A stretch of 64,000 nt of DNA, taken from Desulfomonilia bacterium. GTDB taxonomy: Bacteria > Desulfobacterota > Desulfomonilia > UBA1062. Below the pieces are notes generated by a model. It had not been told where the DNA came from, did no database searches, and saw only the letters and a list, made by a program, of their open reading frames with translations. The stretch lies in assembly GCA_050014195.1 (NCBI GenBank), contig JBEKDT010000001.1, forward strand, positions 288,001 to 352,000, given 5' to 3'. This document shows positions 29,277 through 37,518 of the stretch, one piece after another. Position numbers and translations under genes: made by a program. Numbering within the stretch: the first letter of the stretch is position 1; every line of letters begins with the position of its first letter.

Positions 29277-29729
29277 TCACACCTTGTGGATTACGTAAGA
29301 AACGACTCCCCACACTTCCACCTGCATGCCCTCCGTTATCTCGATAGGCTTAAAATGAGGATTTTCAGCCAGGAGGAAACATCTGCCATCGATGTGGTGA
29401 TACTTTTTCACTGTAAAGTCGCCATTGACCATGGCAATCACTACATTACCCGATTTTGGTTCCAAAGCTCTGTCTACGATGAGGATATCACCGGTATGAA
29501 TACCCGCCCCGGTCATCGAATCTCCTGCAACTCGGACAAAGAATGTTGCAGACGGATGTTTGATGAGAAAATCGTTGAGGTCGAGATTCTTTTCAATGCT
29601 GTCTTCTGCCGGTGAGGGGAATCCGGCAGATATGCCTACAGAGAAGAGAGGTATCTTGAGGCTAGTCTTGCTTTCGAAGCCCCAGATTTCTGTAACACGC
29701 AATTCGTTTTTTTCTGAGTTTTTTATCAC
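29277..29729 (-). CDS. umuD: UmuD S24 autopeptidase
   Basis: SAGFPSPA cleavage site, GDSM, TVKK, WGVV. Confidence 0.95.
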   Translation of the reverse strand: MIKNSEKNELRVTEIWGFESKTSLKIPLFSVGISAGFPSPAEDSIEKNLDLNDFLIKHPSATFFVRVAGDSMTGAGIHTGDILIVDRALEPKSGNVVIAMVNGDFTVKKYHHIDGRCFLLAENPHFKPIEITEGMQVEVWGVVSYVIHKV

Positions 29730-29869
29730 AAGCAGGAGATACTAACACCACGGGAGTTGACTGTAAAGGAGAGAGGGGAAGAGATCTGGATAACCGTGCA
29801 AAGCTCCTGTGCATGGACAACTTATCATTATTTGATGTACAACCCAGTATATCAGAAGAGGAACGAATA

Positions 29870-30553
29870 ATGTGTGGCCGGTTCATCCAGATCATTGACC
29901 CAGAGCTTATCGAAGTAGACTTTTCAGAGTTGGAAGTGGACGAGGAGGCTCTGAGTCGCTTTATCCCGAGCTATAATGTCACGCCCACAAAAGATATCTT
30001 GACCGTGCTGAATACTCCCACACCAAGGCTCACCCTCACACATTGGGGACTTATACCCTACTGGTCAAAAGATAAGAACATAGGGAGCAGGATGATAAAC
30101 GCCAGGTCCGAAACGCTTATAGACAAACCTTCTTTCAAAGAGCCTCTCAAGAGAAACAGGTGTATCATCCCGGCAATTGGGTTTTATGAATGGGATACTG
30201 CGAATAAGACAAGAACGCCCTACCTCATCAGGCTAAAAAGTGGAAAGCCCCTCGCCTTTGCTGGGCTTTGGGATAGGTGGCGTGACAAGGAAACCGGAAA
30301 TACGATCATCTCAAGCACGATCATCACCACGGAAGCAAATTCACTGATCGCACAGATCCATGGCAGGATGCCTGCTATCCTATCTCCTGGTTGTTTCAAG
30401 TCATGGCTGAGTTCACAGCGAGAAGAGGAAGTTGCCTTGCTGAATTGCCTTAAACCTTATCCTGCCGAGGAGATGGAGGCATATGAAGTCTCGAAACTTG
30501 TGAACGATCCTCGGAATGATTCTCCTGAAATCATTGATCACGTTTTGAGATGA
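29870..30553 (+). CDS. SRAP/HMCES (YedK-like) abasic-site protein
   Basis: MCGRF start (catalytic Cys2), WGLIP, INARSET, GFYEW, HGRMP. Confidence 0.95.
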   Translation: MCGRFIQIIDPELIEVDFSELEVDEEALSRFIPSYNVTPTKDILTVLNTPTPRLTLTHWGLIPYWSKDKNIGSRMINARSETLIDKPSFKEPLKRNRCIIPAIGFYEWDTANKTRTPYLIRLKSGKPLAFAGLWDRWRDKETGNTIISSTIITTEANSLIAQIHGRMPAILSPGCFKSWLSSQREEEVALLNCLKPYPAEEMEAYEVSKLVNDPRNDSPEIIDHVLR

Positions 30554-30569
30554 TTATTCCCTCTTTAAT

Positions 30570-33488
30570 TTACTTCTTTTCTAGTCCCAACCCCTGATTT
30601 TTTTCAATTTTTACTGATGGAGCCTTTGCAGAATGCATCTTCTGTCCGTCATATGAAACATACCGGTGCATCTGCATCTGATCGTATTGATTATCGTAGG
30701 GCACCATATAGCGAACCCCCTTCGATTCAATCACTGCATATTTATTGCTGCCGAGTTCCTCGATCTTTGTATAATAGCCTTCCACAGCCCTTTCTCTTGG
30801 GAAGTCTACCCTAAGCCCTCTATCCTTCATTCGCTGGCAGTAATTGAATTCTTCCGGGGTAAGCTTCCGGTCGAATGCCGATATGTCTTTTCCTTCCTGT
30901 TTCTCTTGAGAAACTTGCTGCTGCATTTCTTTCTCGAGAGTTCTGCTCTTCTTTGCATATCCCATTTCCTTCCCATCATAGGCTACATAGTGGTGCATCT
31001 GCATTTGATCATATTGCTTCTCGTAGGGTATCAGGTAACGAATTCCCTTAGTCGGATTGGCGTGCATATCGATAACAGCATAACTCTTACCTCCGACTTC
31101 TTCCACTCTCTCAAAATATCCGGATACAGATTTATCTTTGGGGAATTCAACTTGAATGCCTCTTCCCTTCATTTGTTTGACATACTGTTCCTGGTCTCTT
31201 TGCTGTTGCCATTCCTGAGCCTGGATTCGTCTCTCTTCATGAGTCAGAACTTTCTCAGCTTCGATGACTCTGTTATCTACCTCGATGCCTCTCGGAATCC
31301 CATAATCCACAACCAGACTCTTTGGCCGTTCTCTGCTCATGACTCTCTGCAGATCTTCAAAATTCCTGAACTCATCCTTGCCGTAATACATGGTCACATT
31401 CTCTCTATGCCTGCTCATAGCAACGTACGCTGTATGCTTATCAAAATGACGTGAACCGAGAACAAATGTATGGTCGAGGGTTGAGCCTTGGGTCTTATGC
31501 ACGGTGGCTGCATAGCCGTGGTCGAAGTCTTTATACATGCTGGTATCGATAGCGACCCGGTCGCCTTTATCAAGCTTGACGGATATGGCTCCCCGGTTGA
31601 TGCTTTCCACCGTACCGAGTGAACCATTTCTTATGCCTAAGGAATGCTCGTTCCTGAGGAAGATAATCCGGTCTCCTGTGCAGAAATTCCTTTCTCCTTT
31701 CTCGGTCATGAAGGTGTGCTCGTAGCCTCGGAGCTCTCCGTGCATTTTTCTGTGTTCTCTTGCCCCCTGGTTCAGTTCATTTACATCCCTATTCGTGTAA
31801 GCCATCATGAGGCTGGTTTCGTGTTTCTGTTTTGAGAGTTGTTGTTGATCCGCCCACTCTTTCAGCATCTTATCCTTGGCATCCTGCCTGGTCTGGAATT
31901 CATGGATATGACCATGGTTGTGGTACATTTCCAGGGCTTTCTCTGATTGTTCTTTGTTGCCGGAGAATTCTACGGTTGCTTGTTTCTGCCAATCGATATG
32001 TTGTCTTCTCACTTCTGCAAGTTCCACGTATCCGGTTCTCTGGATGATACCTCTGAATGATCCTCCTGCTTCGATTGACTGAAGCTGTTCGTTGTCTCCC
32101 ACCAGGATCACTTTTGCTCCTGCTTCATGGGCGTGCTCTAAGATCTTGTGCATCTGTCTGGTGCCCACCATACCTGCTTCATCTATCACCAGGATCTGGT
32201 CTTTGCTGAGTAGATTTCTCTCATTTTCCCAGTCCTCCAGTTGTCTGAAGATGGTTGTGCTTTCGATCCCGCTTTCATTCTGCAGACCTTCTGCTGCTAT
32301 GCCCGAAAGGGCAAGGCCTCTTACCCGATATCCTCCTGCTTCATACGCCTCTTTTACAGCACCCAGTGTGTAGCTTTTCCCTGTTCCCGCTCGACCGATC
32401 ATCACGGAGATGTCGCCACTCGCAGAGATGTTTCTGAAGGCTTTTTCCTGCTCCTCGCTCATGGTGTAGTTCTTCGCTGTCTGGTTGATGATATCCCGTT
32501 CCAGGACGTGTTCATTTGAAGATATCATGACTCTCGCATTATCGAGCATGGTCTTCTCATTCATCATCATGGTACGGGTGGAGAACAGGTCTTCTCCCTT
32601 CTCGTTCTTCCCTATCTTGATGAGCTCGGGGCTGTTCTCAAGGGCGGATAAAACCCGGTTGAACTGATCTGCATCAGCACTGTGCCGGAATGCAAAATCC
32701 ATGATGTCTTCCCGCTTGAACACAGCATCGTAGTGTCCCACGTGCTTGAGGGCCTTCCCGGGATCTTGGATAATACGGTCTCCGTTTTCACGGCATATCC
32801 TCTGGTACTCTTCTAACCGATCAAGTCCTCGGGTTTCTTGCAAGTGGAGGTAGCCTTTGGGTAGGTATTTTGCAGCTATCCCTATCTTCGTTGTTGGTTC
32901 AAGATCAATGCCTCTTTCTTCAAAGCTCCTATGGTCAACCTGGATATCGTGACCTGACTCCAGCAATTTCCGGTTCTGGATATTCGCCCACTCTTCCCTC
33001 CAGATAAGGATATTTGCTCTATCGTTCCAGGATCTTTCCTTATTGCCGAATCCGTTTGGTGTTACTTCTCTTGTGGTAAGTAAGATATGAACATGCGGGT
33101 TCTTATCGCTCTTGTGGATACAGATATCAGCTATCATTCCTCTATCTACGAATTGTGCTTGTACATATTCTCTGACCAGCACAATCTGTTGTTCGAGGTT
33201 AAGCTCCTTGGGTAGCGCTAATTCAACTTCCCGTGCGAGCTGGGCGTCCTTCCTCTTCTCTGCTCTTTCTACTTCGTTCCAGAGGGTTTGCCGGTCTCTC
33301 ATTCTCTCCGGGGCATTTTCCGGGAGGAGGATCTCCGCATGGGCAAGGTCTTTCTTCTTCGAGTAATCAAAGGTAAGGTCCTGACGCTCATCATAGAGTT
33401 TTTCACGGCTTCGATATGCAGCAGCAGAAACTGCGCTTCTTCCTGAAGACCTGCTTACTATCTTAGTTGTGGAATGATAACACGCCAT
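30570..33488 (-). CDS. traA: MOBQ relaxase-helicase TraA (Ti-type)
   Basis: AAAYRS, LWNEVERAEKRKDAQLARE, H..NPHVH, VDHRS; RecD-like GRAGTGKS, IDEAGMV, HGYAATVHKTQG. Confidence 0.95.
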   Translation of the reverse strand: MACYHSTTKIVSRSSGRSAVSAAAYRSREKLYDERQDLTFDYSKKKDLAHAEILLPENAPERMRDRQTLWNEVERAEKRKDAQLAREVELALPKELNLEQQIVLVREYVQAQFVDRGMIADICIHKSDKNPHVHILLTTREVTPNGFGNKERSWNDRANILIWREEWANIQNRKLLESGHDIQVDHRSFEERGIDLEPTTKIGIAAKYLPKGYLHLQETRGLDRLEEYQRICRENGDRIIQDPGKALKHVGHYDAVFKREDIMDFAFRHSADADQFNRVLSALENSPELIKIGKNEKGEDLFSTRTMMMNEKTMLDNARVMISSNEHVLERDIINQTAKNYTMSEEQEKAFRNISASGDISVMIGRAGTGKSYTLGAVKEAYEAGGYRVRGLALSGIAAEGLQNESGIESTTIFRQLEDWENERNLLSKDQILVIDEAGMVGTRQMHKILEHAHEAGAKVILVGDNEQLQSIEAGGSFRGIIQRTGYVELAEVRRQHIDWQKQATVEFSGNKEQSEKALEMYHNHGHIHEFQTRQDAKDKMLKEWADQQQLSKQKHETSLMMAYTNRDVNELNQGAREHRKMHGELRGYEHTFMTEKGERNFCTGDRIIFLRNEHSLGIRNGSLGTVESINRGAISVKLDKGDRVAIDTSMYKDFDHGYAATVHKTQGSTLDHTFVLGSRHFDKHTAYVAMSRHRENVTMYYGKDEFRNFEDLQRVMSRERPKSLVVDYGIPRGIEVDNRVIEAEKVLTHEERRIQAQEWQQQRDQEQYVKQMKGRGIQVEFPKDKSVSGYFERVEEVGGKSYAVIDMHANPTKGIRYLIPYEKQYDQMQMHHYVAYDGKEMGYAKKSRTLEKEMQQQVSQEKQEGKDISAFDRKLTPEEFNYCQRMKDRGLRVDFPRERAVEGYYTKIEELGSNKYAVIESKGVRYMVPYDNQYDQMQMHRYVSYDGQKMHSAKAPSVKIEKNQGLGLEKK

Positions 33489-33530
33489 TCTTATTTCCGA
33501 TTAATCCTTATCCGGTTCTGCTTTCCGCAC

Positions 33531-33560
33531 ACGACGCTTGCGTTGTATTAGTGCGCCTTT
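33531..33560 (+). other. MOBQ-type oriT; predicted nic between 33555 and 33556 on the + strand
   Basis: Short inverted repeat ACGACGC-TT-GCGTTGT followed by ATTAGTGCG^CCTTT, matching the RSF1010/Ti core TAARTGCG^CCCT; lies between divergent traA and accessory gene. Confidence 0.8.
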
Positions 33561-33740
33561 CCTTCGTAAAGTATTTAGCCCTTCGGTCTGCTCTCGCATG
33601 GGGGTTGCCTCGTACGTTACGATAAATCCCGATACGCTATCGGGCTCATGAAAAACCTTGAAGTGCTCTCGCTTGACATCTAACCTCACATAATTTAAAA
33701 CATAACAACATTTGTATTTATATTACTTTGAGAGGGCAGA

Positions 33741-33995
33741 ATGCAACCGAAAAAACCAGATTCACTCACAAAACTTCTGCAGAAAAAACAGAAGATCGAA
33801 CAACAGATTTCAAACGCCAAGACCCGCCTAAAGAAAGTGGAACGGGCCGCAGACACGCGGAAGAAGATCCTCATCGGCGCTTACTTCCTTGAAGTCAAAT
33901 ATAAAGGCAAAGAGGAAGAGCTCACCAAGATCATGGATGGCTTCCTTATCCGTGATAATGACCGGGCTCTCTTCGGCCTTCCGCCAAAGGGGTAA
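33741..33995 (+). CDS. Relaxosome accessory protein (TraC/TraD/MobS-like)
   Basis: Coiled coil then RAADTRKKILIGA and DRALFGL; divergent from traA; TTGACA at 33673 upstream. Confidence 0.8.
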   Translation: MQPKKPDSLTKLLQKKQKIEQQISNAKTRLKKVERAADTRKKILIGAYFLEVKYKGKEEELTKIMDGFLIRDNDRALFGLPPKG

Positions 33996-34013
33996 TGATT
34001 CTCTAAAAGTTAG

Positions 34014-34529
34014 CTAGTCGAATAAAACAGCCCTTCTCGGCCTTATTCTTCCGGCTCCGGGTATTTCCCTTTTCTCGGCCTTTCTTTTATGGGTTGGGAC
34101 AGTCGAAATTTGCATACCTGCTGCGTATATTTCGTGCTTCCTGACGACGTCGAGAAGACCGTCGAGGTAGTCTTCGATGTCTTGTCCCTCTTCTGTTGAT
34201 TCATAGCGATACGTTTCTATCATATCGCCAAGGCAATCGGCTATCGCTGCCTTGATATCTAGAATGGCCAATGGTTTTAGATCACTGCTCACTTTGCTTA
34301 GGAAGTCATTGAGCTTCTGGGAAGGAATCTCATAATTGATTATCTTTTCATAGAGGTCACCGATACCGGAAACATATTCATAGGGTTCATCCTCCTTTGA
34401 GATGGAAAGGATACCCTTATATTTTTCTTCAATCTGACGGTAAAACTCGGAGAAAGGGTCCCGTGAACTTTTTGATCTGCTTGTGCAACTCTCATCGTTC
34501 TGTTCCGTCTTCTGAATGATAGCTCCCAT
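34014..34529 (-). CDS. Hypothetical acidic leading-region protein
   Basis: ATG 34529 with GAGGAG RBS; preceded by repeat copy 1. Confidence 0.7.
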   Translation of the reverse strand: MGAIIQKTEQNDESCTSRSKSSRDPFSEFYRQIEEKYKGILSISKEDEPYEYVSGIGDLYEKIINYEIPSQKLNDFLSKVSSDLKPLAILDIKAAIADCLGDMIETYRYESTEEGQDIEDYLDGLLDVVRKHEIYAAGMQISTVPTHKRKAEKREIPGAGRIRPRRAVLFD

Positions 34530-34563
34530 TGGATAACTCCTCAAACTTAAACTTTCCCAAAAA

Positions 34564-34735
34564 CATTTTTCCTGAACCCCTTCACAAAGCCCTGAGGGGT
34601 TTCAGAAAAATGATTCAAAAGACTGCGGAGCCATCCTTAGTGGGTATTGAGATCCTTGAGCCTCTGTAACGCTGCAAGCGGAATGACAATGGTTTTCCCA
34701 TTGGCGTGAGGCTTATCGAAGCGAGTGAAAGGGGC
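34564..34735 (-). repeat. Leading-region double-hairpin repeat, copy 1
   Basis: + strand: hairpin B 34564-34612, AAGACTGCGGAGCC, then TGCAAGCGGAATGACAA ... TTGGCGTGAGGCTTATC. Confidence 0.88.
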
Positions 34736-34821
34736 GATGATTTAAAGAGATCAAGACCACAAAGTTGTCCCTCATAAAGCTGCCTTAAAAAATAACAGGA
34801 GATAAGCTTCCAAGACGATCC

Positions 34822-34850
34822 GGCCTCCGGGTCCATAAGACCCGGAGGCC
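34822..34850. terminator. Strong hairpin after the DUF4942-like gene
   Basis: GGCCTCCGGGTC-cataa-GACCCGGAGGCC, 12-bp perfect stem; weak U-tract. Confidence 0.6.
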
Positions 34851-34859
34851 ACTTTGATT

Positions 34860-35636
34860 TTATACTGACTGCAGCTTGTCACATCCGGCAATCTTGTTAA
34901 TCTCACAAACTAAATCCATGCGTTTGAACCGGATATGCATGTTTCCATTTTTATGCCATGTGCATTCAAAGTATTCTGTTTCTGTTTGCCATTTCTTTTC
35001 CCTCATGGCGTCTCTGATTCTTGTGAGAAGATTACCCGGGTACTTTGGCATGCCCGCACCATCCAGCAGATGAAATATCTTGTCCATGTCCCATAAGCTG
35101 TCTTCCCTGTAGCCGGAGAGGGTTGTCCAATACTTGTTATGGTCAATCATTCCCGGGATGATGGCTTTTTCTTTCAAGGCAGTGCGCTGGTTGGTCTTGA
35201 GGCCGGTCCTCTGCGGCCTCAGGAAGTTGAACACGTCTTCAATCATCTGCTTTTTAAACTCATCCCCACGGGTGATAAAGGAAAACATCAGCTTGTGTAT
35301 ATTTTCCTCCGTAAATTCGGGTACGTTCCCATCAGAAAGCTGCTTCTCGATACTCGAAATTTCTCTGGCCGGAAGAAGGTTCTTGATTCGCGAAAAGAGG
35401 ACTTTCCAGCAGTTAATCCGTACACCCTTCCTTGAGTCCTCTTTGTCCCTTTCAGGGTCGTATAAATCCATATCATAACGCCCTATCTTGCATGGGAAGA
35501 ACCGTCCCCCTATGATCTTCTCATAGAGTCCTTTTATTCTGACGAGCCTTGCATAAGCCTCATCCAGATCGGCCAATATTTGCTGATAGGCTTTAACGAG
35601 ATCACTTGTTTTCATTTCAGTCAAAAGATCGTTCAT
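34860..35636 (-). CDS. DUF4942-like domain protein (stand-alone)
   Basis: VPEFTEENI...VFNFL...KTN...DMDKIFHLLDG...EYFECTWHKNGNMHIRFKRMDLV; ATG 35636 with GGGAGG RBS. Confidence 0.78.
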   Translation of the reverse strand: MNDLLTEMKTSDLVKAYQQILADLDEAYARLVRIKGLYEKIIGGRFFPCKIGRYDMDLYDPERDKEDSRKGVRINCWKVLFSRIKNLLPAREISSIEKQLSDGNVPEFTEENIHKLMFSFITRGDEFKKQMIEDVFNFLRPQRTGLKTNQRTALKEKAIIPGMIDHNKYWTTLSGYREDSLWDMDKIFHLLDGAGMPKYPGNLLTRIRDAMREKKWQTETEYFECTWHKNGNMHIRFKRMDLVCEINKIAGCDKLQSV

Positions 35637-35692
35637 GGATATTCCTCCCTTTGAATTATTGGCCTCCAGGGAGTTCCACCCCAGAAAACCAA

Positions 35693-35858
35693 TTTTTTCC
35701 ATGACCCCTTTCACAAAACCCTTAAGGGGTTAGGAAAAAAGGATGATAAGTTCGCGCAGCCACCTTGAATAATCCTGGGCATCCTGGATGCCTCTGGAGC
35801 ACTGCAAGCGGCATGACAACTCAGTTGGCAGGACGCTTTGAAAGCAAGAGAAAGAGGC
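35693..35858 (-). repeat. Leading-region double-hairpin repeat, copy 2
   Basis: Hairpin B 35693-35740; TGCAAGCGGCATGACAA (35803-35819) ... TTGGCAGGACGCTTTGA (35825-35841); outer GCCTCT/AGAGGC pair. Confidence 0.88.
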
Positions 35859-35897
35859 TAGGCACTATTTTCCAGGATTAAAGCTAAAAGCATAAAA

Positions 35898-35923
35898 CGG
35901 ACGCGGCGCATGCGCTGCGTCCG
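35898..35923 (-). terminator. Intrinsic terminator of ardC
   Basis: CGGACGCGGCGC-AT-GCGCTGCGTCCG followed by TTTT on the minus strand. Confidence 0.7.
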
Positions 35924-35935
35924 GGAGCAGAGGAA

Positions 35936-36817
35936 TTACCCCTGCCCTGTTTCATCTTCGTGGTCATCGTCCTCTTGCCTGCCCGTGATGTAGTTGACTG
36001 CTTTCTGGGCCTGGGCCGCCGCCAGAACAACAAGCTTTGAATCCTTGCTGATAGAGTCCCTCCACCCTTGGATATATGCTGCTGAGTTCTCAATGGTGGC
36101 ATGGGCAATGCCGGAGATCCCGCACAAGTAAGCTGCACCCATCTCGGCAACAAGCTCTTCCCGGGCGTAACTCTTCGAGCCGAAAGCCGCCGGTGTGGTC
36201 AAGGTTTCCCGGTTGAGTCGTGTTTCTGAGCCTGTGCTGTGGGTTGTCTCATGAAATAGTACACTAAAATATTTCTCCTGGTTCACAAAAGCTGACTTGT
36301 TCGGCATCTTCACCACGTCCTCGATTGGGTTATAGCAGGCCTTTGTGAATCCGTGCTTTATCTCAGGCCTTCCCTTATATCCTTCTATAATGGCCTCTGC
36401 CTCGACTATGGGGTCTGAGTGAGACTCTTCCGGCTGGTCGGGATAGGTGATCCCTTCGCACTGCAGGACATTGAATACCCGGTAATACTTCAGGAAGGGT
36501 ATGTTCTTCTTTTCCATCTCGCTCGTTGCCTCGTTGAGCTCCTCTACTTCCTTAAAGTTCCAGAAAACCACTATAGAGCTTTTCTCACCCTTCTTGATGG
36601 TCCCTCCAAGGGTCTTGGCCTGGTTGAAGGTGAGCCAGTAGGGAGAGGCATAGCTTGAAGCAAGGAGCAACCATATATTGATGCCCCGGTAAAGCTTGCT
36701 CGTTACCAGGTTACGCGGAAATAGGATCTTGCTGGTCCATGGTTTTTTCCAGGGAATGATACCCTTGTCCAAGTGCGATAAAATCTGCTCGGTCACGATC
36801 TCGAATACGTTAGCCAT
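35936..36817 (-). CDS. ardC: Antirestriction ssDNA-binding protein ArdC
   Basis: IPWKKPW, YRGIN, WLTFNQA, YRVFNV.Q, HETTHSTG, YAREELVAE, SAAYIQGW; start after AGGAGG. Confidence 0.93.
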   Translation of the reverse strand: MANVFEIVTEQILSHLDKGIIPWKKPWTSKILFPRNLVTSKLYRGINIWLLLASSYASPYWLTFNQAKTLGGTIKKGEKSSIVVFWNFKEVEELNEATSEMEKKNIPFLKYYRVFNVLQCEGITYPDQPEESHSDPIVEAEAIIEGYKGRPEIKHGFTKACYNPIEDVVKMPNKSAFVNQEKYFSVLFHETTHSTGSETRLNRETLTTPAAFGSKSYAREELVAEMGAAYLCGISGIAHATIENSAAYIQGWRDSISKDSKLVVLAAAQAQKAVNYITGRQEDDDHEDETGQG

Positions 36818-36843
36818 TTGTCTTTCCCTCCTTCTAAAAATCA

Positions 36844-37000
36844 ATTTTTTTCAACCCGTTCACTCCTGACTCATGGGTTGAGAAAAAATCGGAGAGATAA
36901 AGACTGCGGAGCCTCCTTTCATAAAACCTCTGAAGCGCTGCAAGCAGCATGACAACGAGTTCTATGTTGGCAGGATGCTTAGAAGGCGAGCGGAAGTGGC
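36844..37000 (-). repeat. Leading-region double-hairpin repeat, copy 3
   Basis: Hairpin B 36844-36889; AAGACTGCGGAGCC; TGCAAGCAGCATGACAA (36939-36955) ... TTGGCAGGATGCTTAGA (36967-36983). Confidence 0.88.
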
Positions 37001-37518
37001 GAAGGTTCTGAACATTTCAGAATTGTGTATAAAATCTGTTCACCATTAAGCCTAGGTTGCGTTCAAAGAACCGGGCAAAGGGATGGCTTTTTCGATCTTA
37101 ATATATAGAATCCACATGACTTATAGAGACCTATGATCTTTCCTGATTAAGTCGATTCTTAGATCTTCCAGAGATAGATTCATTCCCGACTGATACAATC
37201 AGGTTGCCTTATCTCAGAGTAGCTTATCTGGTTGATTATTGAAGGATGTTGAAATTCAGGATCTATTGTACTTGAGAAGCTCCTAATCATCGTATAGAAT
37301 TCAATTTAAGAAAATGCTATTATATTAATTAATGGTACACTGTATCAATTGACATCGGGCTTCTAAATCTTACTCACAATATGAAAAGAGGAGACCTGAC
37401 TTTTGTTCCCATTCACCGCTAGAGATATTCTTTTTAAAACTCTGAATCAACCTAAGAATTTCGATCATCCGGCTTTTGGAAGTGATGCTAAAACCTTCAT
37501 GGGGTTAAGATAGAAAAA

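Noticed and set aside
29730-29869. LexA box between umuD and SRAP
   Set aside because: No recognisable SOS-box palindrome.
30666-31454. 262-aa antisense ORF
   Set aside because: Opposite strand of traA; no independent evidence.
36925-36955. TTGTCA as a sigma70 -35 box
   Set aside because: No TAnnnT-like -10 at 16-18 bp in any copy; the conserved TTGCA fits sigma54 spacing instead.
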